Shown: positions 62,431 to 64,000 of the stretch, piece after piece
Numbering within the stretch: the stretch's first letter is position 1
How the letters are laid out: each line of letters opens with the position of its first letter
Assembly (NCBI RefSeq): GCF_037042905.1
Contig: NC_087252.1
Location: 9,488,001-9,552,000, forward strand
DNA: 64,000 nt
Reading direction: 5' to 3'
Origin: Lytechinus pictus
Lineage: Eukaryota
Notes under the pieces: generated by a model
Seen by the model: the letters and a program-made list of their open reading frames with translations, nothing else
The model's database searches: none
Told to the model about the DNA's origin: nothing
Program-made: the position numbers and the translations under genes

Positions 62431-63035
62431 AGGCCAAGTCCACCCCAGAAAATTGTTGATTTAAATCGATAGAGAAAAATAAAACAAACATAACGCTGCA
62501 AATTTCATCAAAATCGGATGTAAAATAAGAAAGTTATGACGTTTTTAAGTTTTGCTTATTTTTCACAAAACAGTTAAACGCACAACTCAGCGATATGCAA
62601 ATGAGAGAGTCGATGATGTCCATCACTCACTATTTCTTTTGTTTTTTATTGTTTGAATTATACAATATTTCAATTTTTACAGATTTGACAACAAGGACCA
62701 ACTTGACTTAACCATAAACTGTTAAAATAATGGTAATTCCACATGTTCAGGGAGTAATAAAATTTTGTTTCACACGACAATGGGGAGAAAATTAGAATTT
62801 TTCATATTTCATATAATGAAATACAAAAGAAATAGTGAGTGGGTGACATCATCAGTCTGCCAATTTGCATACCTTCCAGGATGTGTATATAACTGTTTTT
62901 GTGAAATTAAGGAAAAGTTTAAAATGTCATAACTTTCTTATTTTACATCCGATTTTGATGAAATTTTCAGTGTTTTGCTTGTTGGATTTTTCTCCTTTTA
63001 TTCAAATAAACTTTTTGGTGGGGTGGACTTGTCCT
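62431..63035 (+). mobile_element. Kolobok-like MITE family C, copy 2
   Basis: TTAA|AGGCCAAGTCCACCCC...GGGGTGGACTTGTCCT|TTAA. Confidence 0.85.
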
Positions 63036-63481
63036 TTAACAATGCGTGTGGACACTGGGGTCCCACCCCCCCTCTTTATTTCTTTTGTTTCCTTACCTAC
63101 CACTAAACTTTGCCAAAAAATTCAACCAAAGAAAAAAAACAGTTATGCATGAGTAAGCACACACAAAAGACAAACTACTCCCTTTTCAAATTCAATGGAG
63201 ACATTTCTATTATTCATTAAGAGTGAAGTTTGGTATCACAAAGTAAATGTAAAGACAAAATAGATCAATGTTGATCTAATATATGGAAAAAATATTTTGT
63301 GTGATTTTTCTAATTGACATAGTATTAAAATGGCATCAAGACGTGTAGGCCTGAAGCAACATTGCAAAGTTATTGCACTATAATGTGATTGCTCAAAACA
63401 AGTTTCTAGTCCTATCATTATCTTGTTCAATAAAATATAATCTTAAAATCGCCATAGACATAATAGCAATAGGTTATTTAA

Positions 63482-64000
63482 CCCTATAAGGACTGGGCTA
63501 TTTGAGATCAAATGAGGACTGGGGGGGGGGGGCATGATGGCCCCCCTTCTGATCTCGGCCGCCGTTCAAACGATCGCGCCGAAATTTGGCACACACATTC
63601 CTTACCACATAACCTACAAGATGGTATAAATAAAAATCCGAAAATAAATTATGAATAAAATATGCAAATTTATTCATGAAAAACATTATTTGCATTTCTA
63701 ACACCCAATTTCACTTCAAATTTTCTTCTTTTTTTTGCAGATCTCATCTTTTTAATCTAATTTAAAGGTTTCCATAAAGAAAAATTGCGAAAGCCAATAT
63801 TTTCTTATTTCTTTGTTTTTTCATCTTTTGTTTTTCAATGGAAATTATTACAGACCATTTAACAACTAAATAAAACCCTAAATTAATTAAGCAAACCGAT
63901 TAGAATGAAAAATAATCACCCTTTTATGAATTTCATCTCCCATAGACTTTGTACACAAAGTATAAAAATGAGCCATTTTCGGCATGACATTGCCTCGTAA
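63482..64000. mobile_element. piggyBac-like MITE running off the right edge
   Basis: TTAA|CCCTATAAGGAC..., a G run and GATCTCGGCC as in the 13640 and 31633 elements. Confidence 0.6.

Overview
AT-rich, intron-rich animal genomic DNA. The repeat families look echinoderm (sea-urchin-like), which is an inference. I reconstructed three protein-coding genes by hand from splice sites. (1) The first coding exon of a Maelstrom (MAEL, piRNA pathway) homologue on the minus strand at 2656-2793; the ORF track misses it and the rest of the gene runs off the left edge. (2) A complete 11-exon BACE-family membrane aspartic protease on the plus strand, 8747-21119, 540 aa, with DTGS and DSGT catalytic motifs. 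(3) A complete 17-exon GH35 beta-galactosidase (GLB1L2/3-like) on the minus strand, 56138-28982, 661 aa. The remainder is mostly non-autonomous transposons: TTAA-flanked Kolobok-like and piggyBac-like MITEs, CACTA-like, hAT-like and Harbinger-like MITEs, Helentron-type minisatellite elements, tRNA-derived SINEs and a decayed CR1/L2 LINE, often nested. The most unusual structures are a 25-bp minisatellite built from a live 5' splice site, ghost copies of an exon and of a start-codon region in adjacent introns, a hairpin-within-hairpin element, and a chain of five MITEs joined by CTG target sites. I saw no CRISPR array, rRNA, intact tRNA or prokaryotic system.
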